Below, piece after piece: positions 20,620 through 30,447 of a stretch of DNA of 35,564 nucleotides. Location of the stretch: contig CAWJIM010000022.1 in assembly GCA_963842945.1 (NCBI GenBank), positions 1 to 35,564 of the forward strand, written 5' to 3'. The notes beneath the pieces are model-generated. The model had not been told where the DNA came from and searched no databases. It saw nothing but the letters and a program-made list of their open reading frames with translations. The translations under genes were made by a program, and so were the position numbers. Positions within the stretch are counted from its first letter, which is position 1, and each line of letters opens with the position of its first letter. The DNA is from an uncultured Gemmatimonadales bacterium. GTDB taxonomy: Bacteria; Gemmatimonadota; Gemmatimonadetes; Gemmatimonadales; GWC2-71-9.

Positions 20620-21022
20620 GTGAGTACTGCTACACAGCACCGCGAGCCTGCCACCGATTGGGAGCAGGAGATCCGCACCCTGGAGGAGCAGGGCCGAGTC
20701 GCCTTTCTGGCCGGCGACATCTCCACGCTCGACGCGGTTGATGGACGATCGTCTCCTGGTCAACTCACCCCTCAACCTCGTCAACGACAAGGCGAAGGTC
20801 CTGGACCTGCTGGGCAAAGGCTTGATCCGCCACACCCGGGACGATGTCGAGATCGAGCACATTGCCCGCTACGGAGATGTCGTCGCGGTGATGGGCCGCG
20901 ATACCGTGGACGGTCCGCCCAGCAACACCCTCACCCACCGCCGTTTCACCAACATCTGGCAGCTGCAGAACGGAGCCTGGCGGATGATCGCCCGCCACGC
21001 CCAGGTGATCGCCCCCCGCTAG
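20620..21022 (+). CDS. NTF2-like DUF4440 protein, frameshift near 20737
   Basis: EIRTLEEQ..AFLAGDISTLD joined to DDRLLVNSP...RRFTNIWQLQNGAWRMIARHAQ. Confidence 0.8.
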
Positions 21023-21134
21023 GATCCGGTACTATGGTCTAATAGAAAGTGGTGGTACCTACCCCTAGCGTAGGCCCATCCCAGGGCTCCACGAGCGCCC
21101 CGGGTACCACCATCCTGTGTAGGAGGGTACCGCT

Positions 21135-21591
21135 ATGTCACTCGATGAGAACAAGGCAATCGTCCAGCGCATTCTGAGTGAGTTCTGGCAGAACGGTAAC
21201 GTAGCGGTGCTCGACGAGCTCCTCGCCTCTGACTGCATCAACCACGACAGTCAGCCCGGAGCTGCGAGGCAAGGAGGCCTGTAAGCAGTGGGCCAATGAC
21301 GTACGGATGGCCAATCGGAAGGGCTTTCCCGACTTCGATATCACGGTCGAGGACATCGTGGCCGAGGATGATAAGGTCGTCAAACGTTGGGTGTTCCAGG
21401 GGACCCATTCGGGCGAGTTCGCTGGGATTCCACCCACCGGTAAGCGGGTCACCATGCGCGGCATCACTCTCTACCGCCTCACGCAGGGCAGGGTCAGCGA
21501 GATCTACTGGAACTACGATGTGTTCGGGCTCCTGCAGCAGCTCGGTGCTATCCCCGCACCCGGCCAGCAGCCGGCAGGGGTTTCAGCGTGA
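21135..21591 (+). CDS. SnoaL-like ester cyclase, frameshift near 21250
   Basis: RBS AGGAGG; MSLDENKAIVQR..., GFPDFDITVEDIVAEDDKV, GTHSGEFAGIPPTGK. Confidence 0.88.
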
Positions 21592-21594
21592 AGC

Positions 21595-22044
21595 TCACTT
21601 CCCTTTGAGGCGGGGCTTCCTTCTTCGTTCGGCCGGTACTGAGTCCGCTGACCCGCGAGCGGCCAGCGCCTCCTTGATCTTCGCCAGCGCCTCGTCCCGG
21701 GTGTAGGGCTTGGCCAGGAAGGGGACGTCGAGGGTCTCGAGTCCGTGCTCCGCCAGGATCTGCGCCGCGTATCCTGAGGTGAAGAGAATACGCTGGTCGG
21801 GCCAGCTCTCCCGGATTTGATTGGCCAGCTCGACCCCGTCCATCCCGGGCAAGACCACGTCGATCATCACGAGATCCACGCCCATCCGGGCCGAGTGCAG
21901 GGCGTCCAGGGCCTCGTCCCCGTCCTCCGCCTCCAGAACGCGATAGCCCGCCTCGGAAAGGATCCGGTACGCGACTCGGCGGGCATACCGTTGGTCGTCG
22001 ACCACCAGAACAGTCGTAGCGGGGCGGGGGAACGGAAAAGACAA
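21595..22044 (-). CDS. Single-domain response regulator (receiver)
   Basis: VLVVDD, IDVVLPGMDG, FTSGY, FLAKPY; TTG start assumed. Confidence 0.88.
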   Translation of the reverse strand: MSFPFPRPATTVLVVDDQRYARRVAYRILSEAGYRVLEAEDGDEALDALHSARMGVDLVMIDVVLPGMDGVELANQIRESWPDQRILFTSGYAAQILAEHGLETLDVPFLAKPYTRDEALAKIKEALAARGSADSVPAERRRKPRLKGK

Positions 22045-22080
22045 GCGGTGTCCTTGCTCAGGATATTGGCAAGTATAGCG

Positions 22081-22111
22081 GCCGACAAGCTCTTCGCCGC
22101 AAACCCTCAAC
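22081..22111 (+). repeat. Junction motif R, copy A
   Basis: GCCGACAAGCTCTTCGCCGCAAACCCTCAAC; 26/31 to copy B. Confidence 0.75.
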
Positions 22112-22132
22112 CACCGGAATCAGGGTTCTGCT

Positions 22133-22660
22133 CTAGTTCGCGACGATCTGCCCCCGAATCTCACCACCGGGGTTGCAACCTGGTTGCCCCTGGGTGCAGC
22201 CGGGATGTTGGTGTGAACGTTCACGTAGGCACCGCCGCTCCGCATGGCGGCGAGCACATCATCGAACGTGATCGGCGGATCGCCGACCGTCGTGCCATTG
22301 GTTCCGGTGGCCACCACACCCGTCCCGCTGGGCTGGCTGGTGCAGGCCGGCTGCGGGTCACCCGTTCCACACAGGTTCAACCTTACCGGCCCATTTACGC
22401 CGACTGCCGCAAGGTGAATGTGACCCAGGATCGCATTCTGCAGATTGGTCGCGTTGATGGTATACGTGATCTGGCCGCCGCTGACGGTAAACGTGGCGGT
22501 GCCGGTCGCGGGCGTGGTTACCGCTGGAACCTCGTTGGCCCCGGTCAGGGTGGCCGAAAAACTGGTTGCGTCACCCGAGGTCCCATTGTCGTCGCCACAG
22601 GACAGGACGAGTGGAAACAGGGCCGCAAGGACGACTCCTTGATATCGTCAAACCGTTCAT
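22133..22660 (-). CDS. CHRD-domain lipoprotein, two frameshifts (mostly missed by the ORF track)
   Basis: LVLSC lipobox; FSATLTGANEVPAV, GHIH, YVNVHT, PGGEIRGQI; RBS GGGAGG. Confidence 0.88.
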
Positions 22661-22841
22661 ACCGCCTCCCTTTTCGGCTGGTCGCAAGGCGCTTCGATTG
22701 ACACGCTAGGCGGCCAGGTGCAGCCGGTCTTGTACCGTGATAGCTTGCTTGAAGCGGTCTAGCTCCCGAATCGGCTAACGACCTTCAAGTCGGCTCCAGA
22801 TGTTCAAGACCCCTGCGCCGTCCCCGGCTAAGTAGTTTCGC

Positions 22842-23279
22842 ATGCTGCGCTTCTGCAGGCTGTTCCCCGCTGGCCCGCGCTCCCTCGTCACGACCGGGCG
22901 GGCCCTGGCGATGCTTGGGTTGGTCATCGTTCTGGCTGGCGCAGCCCTGGCCGGCTGCTTCTCCGAGCACGCGGCCACGACGGCGGTGGCTGAGGGCACC
23001 TGCAGCTTCCCGCTGGGGCCGGACGTCCCGGGCTCCACCATCGTGGTGATTCAGGATTTCACCTTCCAAACGGCCGACGTGCAGGTGCAAGCCGGCGGCC
23101 GGGTCACCTGGGTCAACTGCGATACCGACTCGCACACCAGCACCGCCGATGGCGGTGAGTGGTCGTCACCCCTGCTCGCCCCCGGCGACCGCTTCACCCA
23201 GACATTCCCCACTGCAGGAGAATTCCCCTACCACTGTCAGCCCCACCCCTTCATGACCGGGCGGGTAATCGTCACGTAG
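22842..23279 (+). CDS. Cupredoxin (plastocyanin/amicyanin-like) lipoprotein
   Basis: LAGC lipobox; VTWVN..SHT and YHCQPHPFM type-1 copper ligands; start may be 22911. Confidence 0.9.
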   Translation: MLRFCRLFPAGPRSLVTTGRALAMLGLVIVLAGAALAGCFSEHAATTAVAEGTCSFPLGPDVPGSTIVVIQDFTFQTADVQVQAGGRVTWVNCDTDSHTSTADGGEWSSPLLAPGDRFTQTFPTAGEFPYHCQPHPFMTGRVIVT

Positions 23280-23302
23280 GCATCGGGAAGGCTCGGCACT
23301 CC
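23279..23302 (+). repeat. Junction motif L, copy A
   Basis: GGCATCGGGAAGGCTCGGCACTCC; 20/24 to 30127-30150; fills the gap between two convergent stops. Confidence 0.6.
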
Positions 23303-25407
23303 TACACCCTCTGCACTTGCGACTCCTGCACCGCAGATGAATCCAGCACCTCTCGCACCTTGCGGGCCAGCTCCCTGGGCGCGAATGGCTTCTGAAGGAA
23401 GGGACGCCCGGCATCGAGCAGGCCCCGGCGGACCATATCGTTGTCCGCAAAGCCCGAGGTGTAGAGCACCGGCAGGGCAGGGTAGCGGTCGGACAGGAGC
23501 AACCCGAGATCACCGCCGCTGGTCCCGGGCATCACGACATCGGTAATGACCAGGTCGATGTGCTTCTGCTGCTGCAGTGCCAGCAGCGCCTCCTCCACAT
23601 TGCCTGCCTCCACACATTGGTAGCCGAGGCCGGTCAGGCTGCGTACCATCAGCGCTCGCACCACCCGCTCGTCCTCCACTACCAGTAGCGTCTCGCTGCC
23701 CCGCTCGGCCGGTTTTGGCGTGGGAGCCCGAGCCGGCTGCTCGCTCTCCGGGGCCATCAGTGGCCAGTAGACCCGCACAACGGTCCCCCGGCCCACCTCG
23801 GAGTTGACCCAGACGAAGCCGCCACTCTGTTTGACCGACCCGTACACCACCGAGAGACCGAGACCGGTACCCTTGCCGGCCGGCTTCGTCGTAAAGAAGG
23901 GTTCCCAGATGTGCTGCAGAGTGTCTGGATCCATACCATGGCCGGTGTCGGTCACAGCCAGCATGGCGTAATGACCGGAGGGCGGGGCCTCCGACTGCTG
24001 CTGCCACGGCGAGCCGTCCGGCTCCAGGGTTACCCCGGCTGTTTCCACCGTGACCTGGCCGCCGCGCGGCATGGCATCTCGGGAGTTGAGCACCAGGTTC
24101 ATGAGGATCTGCTCGACCCGGCTGCGATCGGCGTGGATCGGTCCGACCTCCGATGAGAGTTGCAGGGCCAGGCTGATATTCTCCCCCAGGACCGGGCGCA
24201 GCATTCCTGCCGCATAGCGGACGATCACATTGAGGTCGAGCTTGCGCGGCTGGATCAGCTCGCGGCGGGCAAAGGCGAGGAGCTGGCGCGTGAGCTCGGC
24301 GGATCGTTCGGCTGCGTCGTTGATCTGCCGCACGTCCTCCAGTCGGGGGTCGGTGGGCACCATGCTTTGCGCCAGCAGATCGCTGAAGCCCAGGATTGCC
24401 ACCAGCATGTTGTTCAGGTCGTGGGCGATACCGCCTGCCAGCCGGCCGATCGCCTCCAGGCGCATGAACTCCTGCAGCCGCTCCTCGGTGCGCTTTCGTT
24501 CGGTCATGTCCAGCAGGATGCCTCTCATCCGCATCGCTCCGCGGGCAGTGGGGCTGTAGCTGCCCCGGCCGATGACCGCGAGCCAATGCACGCTGCCATC
24601 CGGCCACACGACCCGGTATTCAGTCGAGAAGGGCTGATGCTCGCGGAGCGCTCGGTCCAGTACCTCTTCTGCAGCCGGTTGGTCGTCCGGGTGGATGGCC
24701 GCGGTCCAGGCATGGTATGAGGTCGGAGCCTCCGGCGGGAAGCCCAACAGGGCCTTGGCTCGAGCGTCCAGGTGCAATTCGCCGGTCAGGAGATTGTGAT
24801 CCCAGGTGCCGAGGCCGGCAGCCTCGTTGGTGAGATCGAGTGCCTCCCTGCTCCGGCCCAGCTCCTCCTCGACCTGTTTGTTTTCGGTCAGATCATGCAC
24901 TTTCATGGAAAATCCGCGAAGTTCGCCCTGGCGGCTGAGCACGCTGGCCAGTGAAACCAGGGCGGGGAATCGCGACCCATCCTGTCGAACGATCCAGCGC
25001 TCGCCGCTGAACCTTCCGCGCTCTTCTACAGCCCTGAGCTCGCGATCCAGTACCCCATCAACCCGGTCCTCGGGCAAGTGAAGGTCGGCCACCGGAAGCC
25101 CGATGAACTCCTCCTTCTTGTAGCCGAGCAATCGCTCGACCCCCGCATTCCAGGTCCGGCACCGTCCCCCGGTGTCCAGCCGGAAGGTCGCAGAGTTGAT
25201 GGCCAGTTCCTCGGGCGTGCTGCGGTAGGGCTCGTTCCAACGGCCGGCATCTTCCGAATCCTTTCCTGCATCCCAATCTCGGTGCCCCCGGTTCGACTTG
25301 GCGTCCCCAGCGCGCCGATCCCGCCAACGGACCGCCACCAGGATGCCGATGCAGACAGCCGTCACGAAGGAGAGGGCGACCTCGGAGCCAACGCCGAGCT
25401 CAGGCAT
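23302..25407 (-). CDS. PAS-PAS hybrid sensor histidine kinase/response regulator
   Basis: Two PAS domains, GGIAHDLNN, N box NLVLNSRDAM, G boxes DTGHGM and GKGTGLGL, C-terminal receiver. Confidence 0.96.
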   Translation of the reverse strand: MPELGVGSEVALSFVTAVCIGILVAVRWRDRRAGDAKSNRGHRDWDAGKDSEDAGRWNEPYRSTPEELAINSATFRLDTGGRCRTWNAGVERLLGYKKEEFIGLPVADLHLPEDRVDGVLDRELRAVEERGRFSGERWIVRQDGSRFPALVSLASVLSRQGELRGFSMKVHDLTENKQVEEELGRSREALDLTNEAAGLGTWDHNLLTGELHLDARAKALLGFPPEAPTSYHAWTAAIHPDDQPAAEEVLDRALREHQPFSTEYRVVWPDGSVHWLAVIGRGSYSPTARGAMRMRGILLDMTERKRTEERLQEFMRLEAIGRLAGGIAHDLNNMLVAILGFSDLLAQSMVPTDPRLEDVRQINDAAERSAELTRQLLAFARRELIQPRKLDLNVIVRYAAGMLRPVLGENISLALQLSSEVGPIHADRSRVEQILMNLVLNSRDAMPRGGQVTVETAGVTLEPDGSPWQQQSEAPPSGHYAMLAVTDTGHGMDPDTLQHIWEPFFTTKPAGKGTGLGLSVVYGSVKQSGGFVWVNSEVGRGTVVRVYWPLMAPESEQPARAPTPKPAERGSETLLVVEDERVVRALMVRSLTGLGYQCVEAGNVEEALLALQQQKHIDLVITDVVMPGTSGGDLGLLLSDRYPALPVLYTSGFADNDMVRRGLLDAGRPFLQKPFAPRELARKVREVLDSSAVQESQVQRV

Positions 25408-25551
25408 GGTCAGATACCCGCCGCGGATAGACTGGCGGCCCGGCCACGTGTCGAGGGAGTGAGGAGGGGAGACGAAAAACCTGCGGGTATGCGATCACGG
25501 GCACACATGACGGGCGTTCTGAGTGGCGACCCGGAACGACGATCAGGATTC

Positions 25552-25611
25552 GGGATGTCGATTCCTCTGTTGCATAGTAACGTGTTTCCCGGCGGCGGAA
25601 AGACGCCGCGC
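25552..25611 (+). pseudogene. Inverted 60-bp remnant homologous to the PAP2 gene
   Basis: GMSIPLLHSNVFPGGGKTPR versus GVSIPLLHSYVFPGGGKAPH (30535-30594, minus strand); 49/60 nt. Confidence 0.85.
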
Positions 25612-25640
25612 TGACAATTTCTTCGCCGTCAACCCTCAAC
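25610..25640 (+). repeat. Junction motif R, copy B
   Basis: GCTGACAATTTCTTCGCCGTCAACCCTCAAC; contains the stop codon of the second kinase. Confidence 0.75.
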
Positions 25641-28251
25641 GCGGGCCTGTATTAGGTGGGGACCAGTCGGTGACCATCAGCAGCCGCCCGCCGCCCAGCG
25701 GCTCGACGATGACCATGCGGCCATCCGGCGTCAGGTCCCAGTTGGCGTGGTTGGCAATCGGGTCGTAGCGGAACGGATCCACTTCGCTCTCGCGCGACAG
25801 CACTCGCGGAGCCGGACCCGGCGCGATGCGCGCCGCCATCAGTCGCCAGCCTGCGTCCCCCTCCTCCACATAGTACAGGAGGCCATCGCGGCTCCAGACC
25901 GGCTCGCCAGCGGTTCCCTCCGACACCAGCACCCGGCCGCCGCCACTCAGCGGCCGAAGATACACCTGCCGGCGGCCGGTCTCGTCGCTCACGTACGCCA
26001 GCCACCGCTGGTCGGGCGATAGCGCCGGCGAGTTCTCGTTGTAGCTGGTGGCGACCAGCTTGGCCGGCGCGCTGCCGTCCTCCTTCAGCAGAACGATGTC
26101 GCTCGGATCCTCCTCTGTTGCGGAGATCCCGGCGATATAGCCACTACCGTTGGCCAGCCACTGCCCCGGATGGACGACGAGCCCAGGGAGCGACAGCGGG
26201 CGCGTTGCGCCGGAGCCGTCCGCCCCGTGGTGAACAGCGGCCCACCTGGCGTGCTCAGCGAGATGTAAGTGATACCCCGTCCGTCGGCGGTCCAGACCGC
26301 ATCGTGCGCGTCGCCGGTCGAGGTCACCCGGGTCAGCGCTCCGTCGGCCAGATCGATCACCCAGATGTCGCGCACGCTTCGCCCCCGGATCTCACGATCC
26401 ACCAGCACCCGACCTCCATCGGGAGACACCCGGGGATTGTGATACACCCCGACCTCCGGCGTCAGCACCTGCCGTTGACCGTCTTCGGTCAGCGTCACCA
26501 CCCGGTTCACCGGCCGCTCGCCATAGACCAGAATCCCTTTACCGGCGCCGAACCCGGCGTTCCCAGTGCGCTGAATCGCAGCAACGTCGCCAGTGGGCAC
26601 GATGTCAGCAGCGACGTGGCCGCTTTCGAGGTCGTAGCCGACCGCCTGGATCGCGCCGTCCGGACGGACGAAGTAGAGCCGCCCATTCGCTATCTGGGGC
26701 CGGAGCGCTCCGCCCTTGATCAACGTGTCCACCGCCTTCGACCGGAGCTCGACCGAGAGGATGCTGGAGGTCGCGAGCGAGCCGTTCTTCACCGCCGCGA
26801 CGAGGGCGTGCCGGCCGCCCGGCGGGATGTAGGGGCTCAGCAGTTTGGTGCCCGCCGAAGGCCGGAGCAGCGGCTCCCGGCGGGCCGAGGCGAGGTCGAG
26901 CAACACCAGTCCGCCGCTGTCCACCGCTACGACTTTTCCGTTGCCCGCATCGCTTGCCTGCAGCCCGGCCGCGAACGGAATGGTGACGGGCTCCGTCCCA
27001 TCCAGGCGCTGAACGGTCAGCTCTCGCTCGCGCCGGAACCCGACTCGACTCCCATCGGCCGAGAGGAAGGGACTGTCGGCGCCCTGGCTGCCGGGCACCT
27101 GGATCGCGTCCACTCGACCCACCTGTCGCACGACGATGTGCCCGCCATCGAGCGCCACGATCGTGCTCCCATCGGCCGAGACGCCGAGGTCCGTGTCCCG
27201 GAAATCACCGCCATGTGACGCCGCGACCACCGCGCGACGCGTCGGCGGGACGGATGTGGGTCCCCGGCGTACCCCCGCCCAGAGGGCGAGCGCCGCGGTG
27301 ATGAGCCAGAGCGCAGCTAACCCGAGGGCGGCCAGGCGCCACCGGGAGCGATCCGCTCCCGCCTGAGCGGTCCTTCCGGCCTGTCTCGGTCGGGTGACCC
27401 GTCGGGTGACCGTCGCACCACCGGAGAGCGCAGCGGCGAACTCCGCCGCGGTGGCGAACCGATCCGCCGGCAGCTTTTCCAGCGCGGTGAGCACCGCCGC
27501 CTCGACGTGCTCGGGCACGCTGCGGCGTTGCGCCACCAATCCGCGTGGCTCCTCGGTGAGCACCTTGGCCACGATTGCTTGCGGGGTGGGACCGGTGAAC
27601 GGCGGCTCGCCGCTGAGCATCTCGTAGACCACCGCGCCCAGCGCGTACACGTCGGAGCGGGCGGTCAGCTCCCGCTCACCCATCGCCTGCTCCGGGCTCA
27701 TGTAGTGCGGCGTGCCGAGGCTGAGTCCGGTCTCGGTGAGCCGGGCGCCGCCCGCCGGCGTTCGACGCGGCGAGCGCAATGCCGAAGTCGGCGACGAGCG
27801 CCTGGCCGTCGTGCAGCAGGATGTTCTCCGGCTTGATGTCCCGGTGGATGATTCCGTGGCGGTGCGCGTAGTCGAGCGCGCTGGCCACCTCGGCGGCGGC
27901 CCGGACCGCATCGGCCACCGGTAGCTGCTTCTCCCGCCGGAGCCGGTCGCGCAGGCTCTCGCCCTGGACGAACGGCATGACGTAGAAGACCGTACCGTCC
28001 ACCCGGCCGGAATCGAAGAGCGGCAGGATATGGGGATGCTGCAGGTGCGCGGTGAGCTCGATTTCTTTAAGGAAGCGTTCGGAGCCCAGCAGCGCGGCCA
28101 GCTCGGGGTGAAGCACCTTCAGCGCTACCCGGCGCTGGTGCTTCACATCCTTGGCCAGGTAGACCGTTGCCATGCCGCCCCGGCCCAGCTCGCGCTCGAG
28201 CAGGTAGCGGTCACGCAGTGCTTCGGTCAACGATGAATCGACTGAGGTCAC
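25636..28251 (-). CDS. Ser/Thr protein kinase with TM helix and TolB/PD40-like beta-propeller, about 3 frameshifts
   Basis: GRGGMA, HRDIKPEN, DFG, GTPHYMSPEQ; PRVSPDG, SPALSPDQRWLAYVSDETGR; joins near 27760, 26220, 26100. Confidence 0.9.
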
Positions 28252-28352
28252 GATAGTCAGGGGTAGGGACGGTTCAATGTCGCTCGTGCGGCGGCCGGAT
28301 GCCAGTTGCGGTTCAGGCCATGACCGGCCGGCATCGGGACCCCGGCGGCTCC

Positions 28353-28615
28353 GCAACAGCTTTAACACGGAGGACACGGAGAGAAGCACGAAGGCACACG
28401 GAGGAGTTCGTATTGAATGATCCGCACACAGAGATGCTTTGTGTTCAACATGCACACCGACCAAGGTCCTCGTGAAAGACGCGAACTCCGTGATTGGTGT
28501 GCAGTTGAGTCAGACAATGCTTCGCTGCACGTCAGGATAAGAGTCTTGCGCGATCCTCAACGTCCTCCGTGCCCTTCGTGTTTTTCCTCCGTGCCCTCCG
28601 TGTTAAAGCTCTTGC
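28353..28615. mobile_element. MITE-like long inverted-repeat element, copy 1
   Basis: ~50-bp imperfect terminal inverted repeats (GCAACAGCTTTAACACGGAGG...CCTCCGTGTTAAAGCTCTTGC) made of CACGGAG units; inner stem 28445-28460/28494-28508; flanked by motif L (28330-28352) and motif R (28629-28659). Confidence 0.7.
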
Positions 28616-28760
28616 CAGAGCTAGAGGTGCTGACAATCTCTTCTCCGCCCACCCCCGAGGTAACTCCTCTCGTGGTGCCGGCAACAACTTGACCCCGGCC
28701 TGATCGGGGCGTAAAACTGGTGAGCAACATTACCCGGTGCCGGTAGGACATAGGGGCTAG

Positions 28761-30119
28761 ATACGACCCGAGCCATTTCGCGGCGCGACTTTGTCGGAGA
28801 CAGTCTCGCTGCAGCCGCAATCAGCCTGCTGCCCCGCTGGGCGACGCCGCCGGCGGCACCTCCCAACATCCTTTTCATTCTCGCCGACGACCTGGGCTAT
28901 GGCGACCTCAGCTGCTATGGCCGGCCCGACTATCGCACGCCCTCCATCGACCGCCTGGCCCGGGACGGACTTCGCTTCACCAGCAACTACACCGCCGCCG
29001 CGGTATGCTACGCCGACCCGGGTAGCTCTGATGACCGGGCGCTACCCCGCGCGCCTCCCCGTCGGCCTGGCGGAGCCGCTCGCCTACGGCGACACGAGCG
29101 TCGGCCTGCCGCCCGAGCATCCCACGGTGGCATCCCGCCTCAAGCAGGTTGGGTATGACACTGCATTGATCGGCAAGTGGCACCTCGGCTACCTCCCGGA
29201 GCACGGCCCGCTGCGCCACGGCTTCGACGAATTTTATGGCATTCTCAGCGGTGGAGTGGATTACTTCAGTCACCGCGTCCCCTCCGGGAAACTCGATCTT
29301 CACGAGGGAAACGTCACCGTGGATCAGGCCGGCTACATGACCGACCTGCTGACCGAACGCGCCCTGCAGTACATCCGCCGGCGCCACGCCGCCCCGTTCT
29401 ATCTCGCCCTGCATTACACCGCGCCCCACTGGCCCTGGGAAGGTCCCACGGACACGGCGACCAGCCGCGCGCTCCGGGAGGTTGCCGACACCGCTGCTCA
29501 CAAATTCGTCAGGGGATATGCCGACCTGGGCTCCCTCGGCGTCTTCAGCGCCATGATGCAGCGACTGGACGAGGGCGTCGGACGTCTCCTCGGCGCGCTG
29601 CACGACGCCGGGCTTGAGCGGGACACTTTCGTGGTGTTCACCAGCGACAACGGTGGGGAGCGGTTCTCCTACAACTGGCCCATGAGCGCTGGAAAAACCA
29701 CTCTGCGTGAGGGCGGGATCCGGGTGCCCGCGATCGTCCGCTGGCCCGGAAGTGTTCCAGCTGGCCGTACAACCGACCAGAGCATCATCACTATGGACTG
29801 GACGGCCACTCTGCTCGCCGTCGGCGGAGCCACGCCGGATTCAGCCTACCCCCTCGACGGCCTCGATCTGTCGCCTCTGTGCCGAGGCCGGCCGGTGAGC
29901 TTCGATCGCACCCTTTTCTGGCGCACCAGTCGGGAGGACGCGGCACGCGCCAGCCGCTGGAAGTACCTGCGGACCGAGGGGCAGGATTCACTGTTCGACA
30001 TTCCGCGCGATCCCGGCGAGAGTGCCGATCTCAGCGCCTATGAGCCGGAGAGGCTGAACGGACTGCGTGACGCATTCAAGAAATGGAATGCGGGGATGCT
30101 GCCCCGGCCAGCCGGTTAG
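28761..30119 (+). CDS. Tat-exported sulfatase (formylglycine type), frameshift near 29008
   Basis: ISRRDFV Tat motif, PNILFILADDLG, restored CTPTR (CxPxR), GKWHLG, FTSDNG; start codon appears corrupted. Confidence 0.9.
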   Translation: MRPEPFRGATLSETVSLQPQSACCPAGRRRRRHLPTSFSFSPTTWAMATSAAMAGPTIARPPSTAWPGTDFASPATTPPPRYATPTRVALMTGRYPARLPVGLAEPLAYGDTSVGLPPEHPTVASRLKQVGYDTALIGKWHLGYLPEHGPLRHGFDEFYGILSGGVDYFSHRVPSGKLDLHEGNVTVDQAGYMTDLLTERALQYIRRRHAAPFYLALHYTAPHWPWEGPTDTATSRALREVADTAAHKFVRGYADLGSLGVFSAMMQRLDEGVGRLLGALHDAGLERDTFVVFTSDNGGERFSYNWPMSAGKTTLREGGIRVPAIVRWPGSVPAGRTTDQSIITMDWTATLLAVGGATPDSAYPLDGLDLSPLCRGRPVSFDRTLFWRTSREDAARASRWKYLRTEGQDSLFDIPRDPGESADLSAYEPERLNGLRDAFKKWNAGMLPRPAG

Positions 30120-30150
30120 GCAGCCGGGCATCGAGAACGCCCGGCGCTCC

Positions 30151-30384
30151 GCAACAGCCTTAACACGGAGAGCACGGAGGAAAACACGAAGGGCACGGAG
30201 GATTCCGCGCCCACACCAGCTTCATCTTCCCAGAACATTTTTTGTTCAACTGCACACCGGAAGAGTTCGTTTGAATGAACCGAAACTGGTTGGTGTGCCG
30301 TTGACCAAAAAAATTCTTGCGCGATCTTCAACGTCCTCCGTGGCCTCGTTTTTTTCTTCGTGCTCTCCGTGTTAAAGCTTTTGC
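30151..30384. mobile_element. MITE-like long inverted-repeat element, copy 2
   Basis: Same termini and orientation as copy 1; inner stem 30246-30260/30290-30304; flanked by motif L (30127-30150) and motif R (30398-30415). Confidence 0.7.
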
Positions 30385-30447
30385 CAGTGTGAGTAGTGCT
30401 GACAAACTCTTCGCCCGTGGTCCGATGCCAGCGCTCGCCAGTCGCCG

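Noticed and set aside
8234..28251. Two Ser/Thr kinases as a novel signalling system
   Set aside because: Both architectures are common expanded families in this kind of genome
28353..30384. Hairpin elements as canonical integron attC sites (TAAC...GTTA ends)
   Set aside because: 234-263 bp exceeds usual attC size, cores do not fit RYYYAAC/GTTRRRY, and no intI is seen
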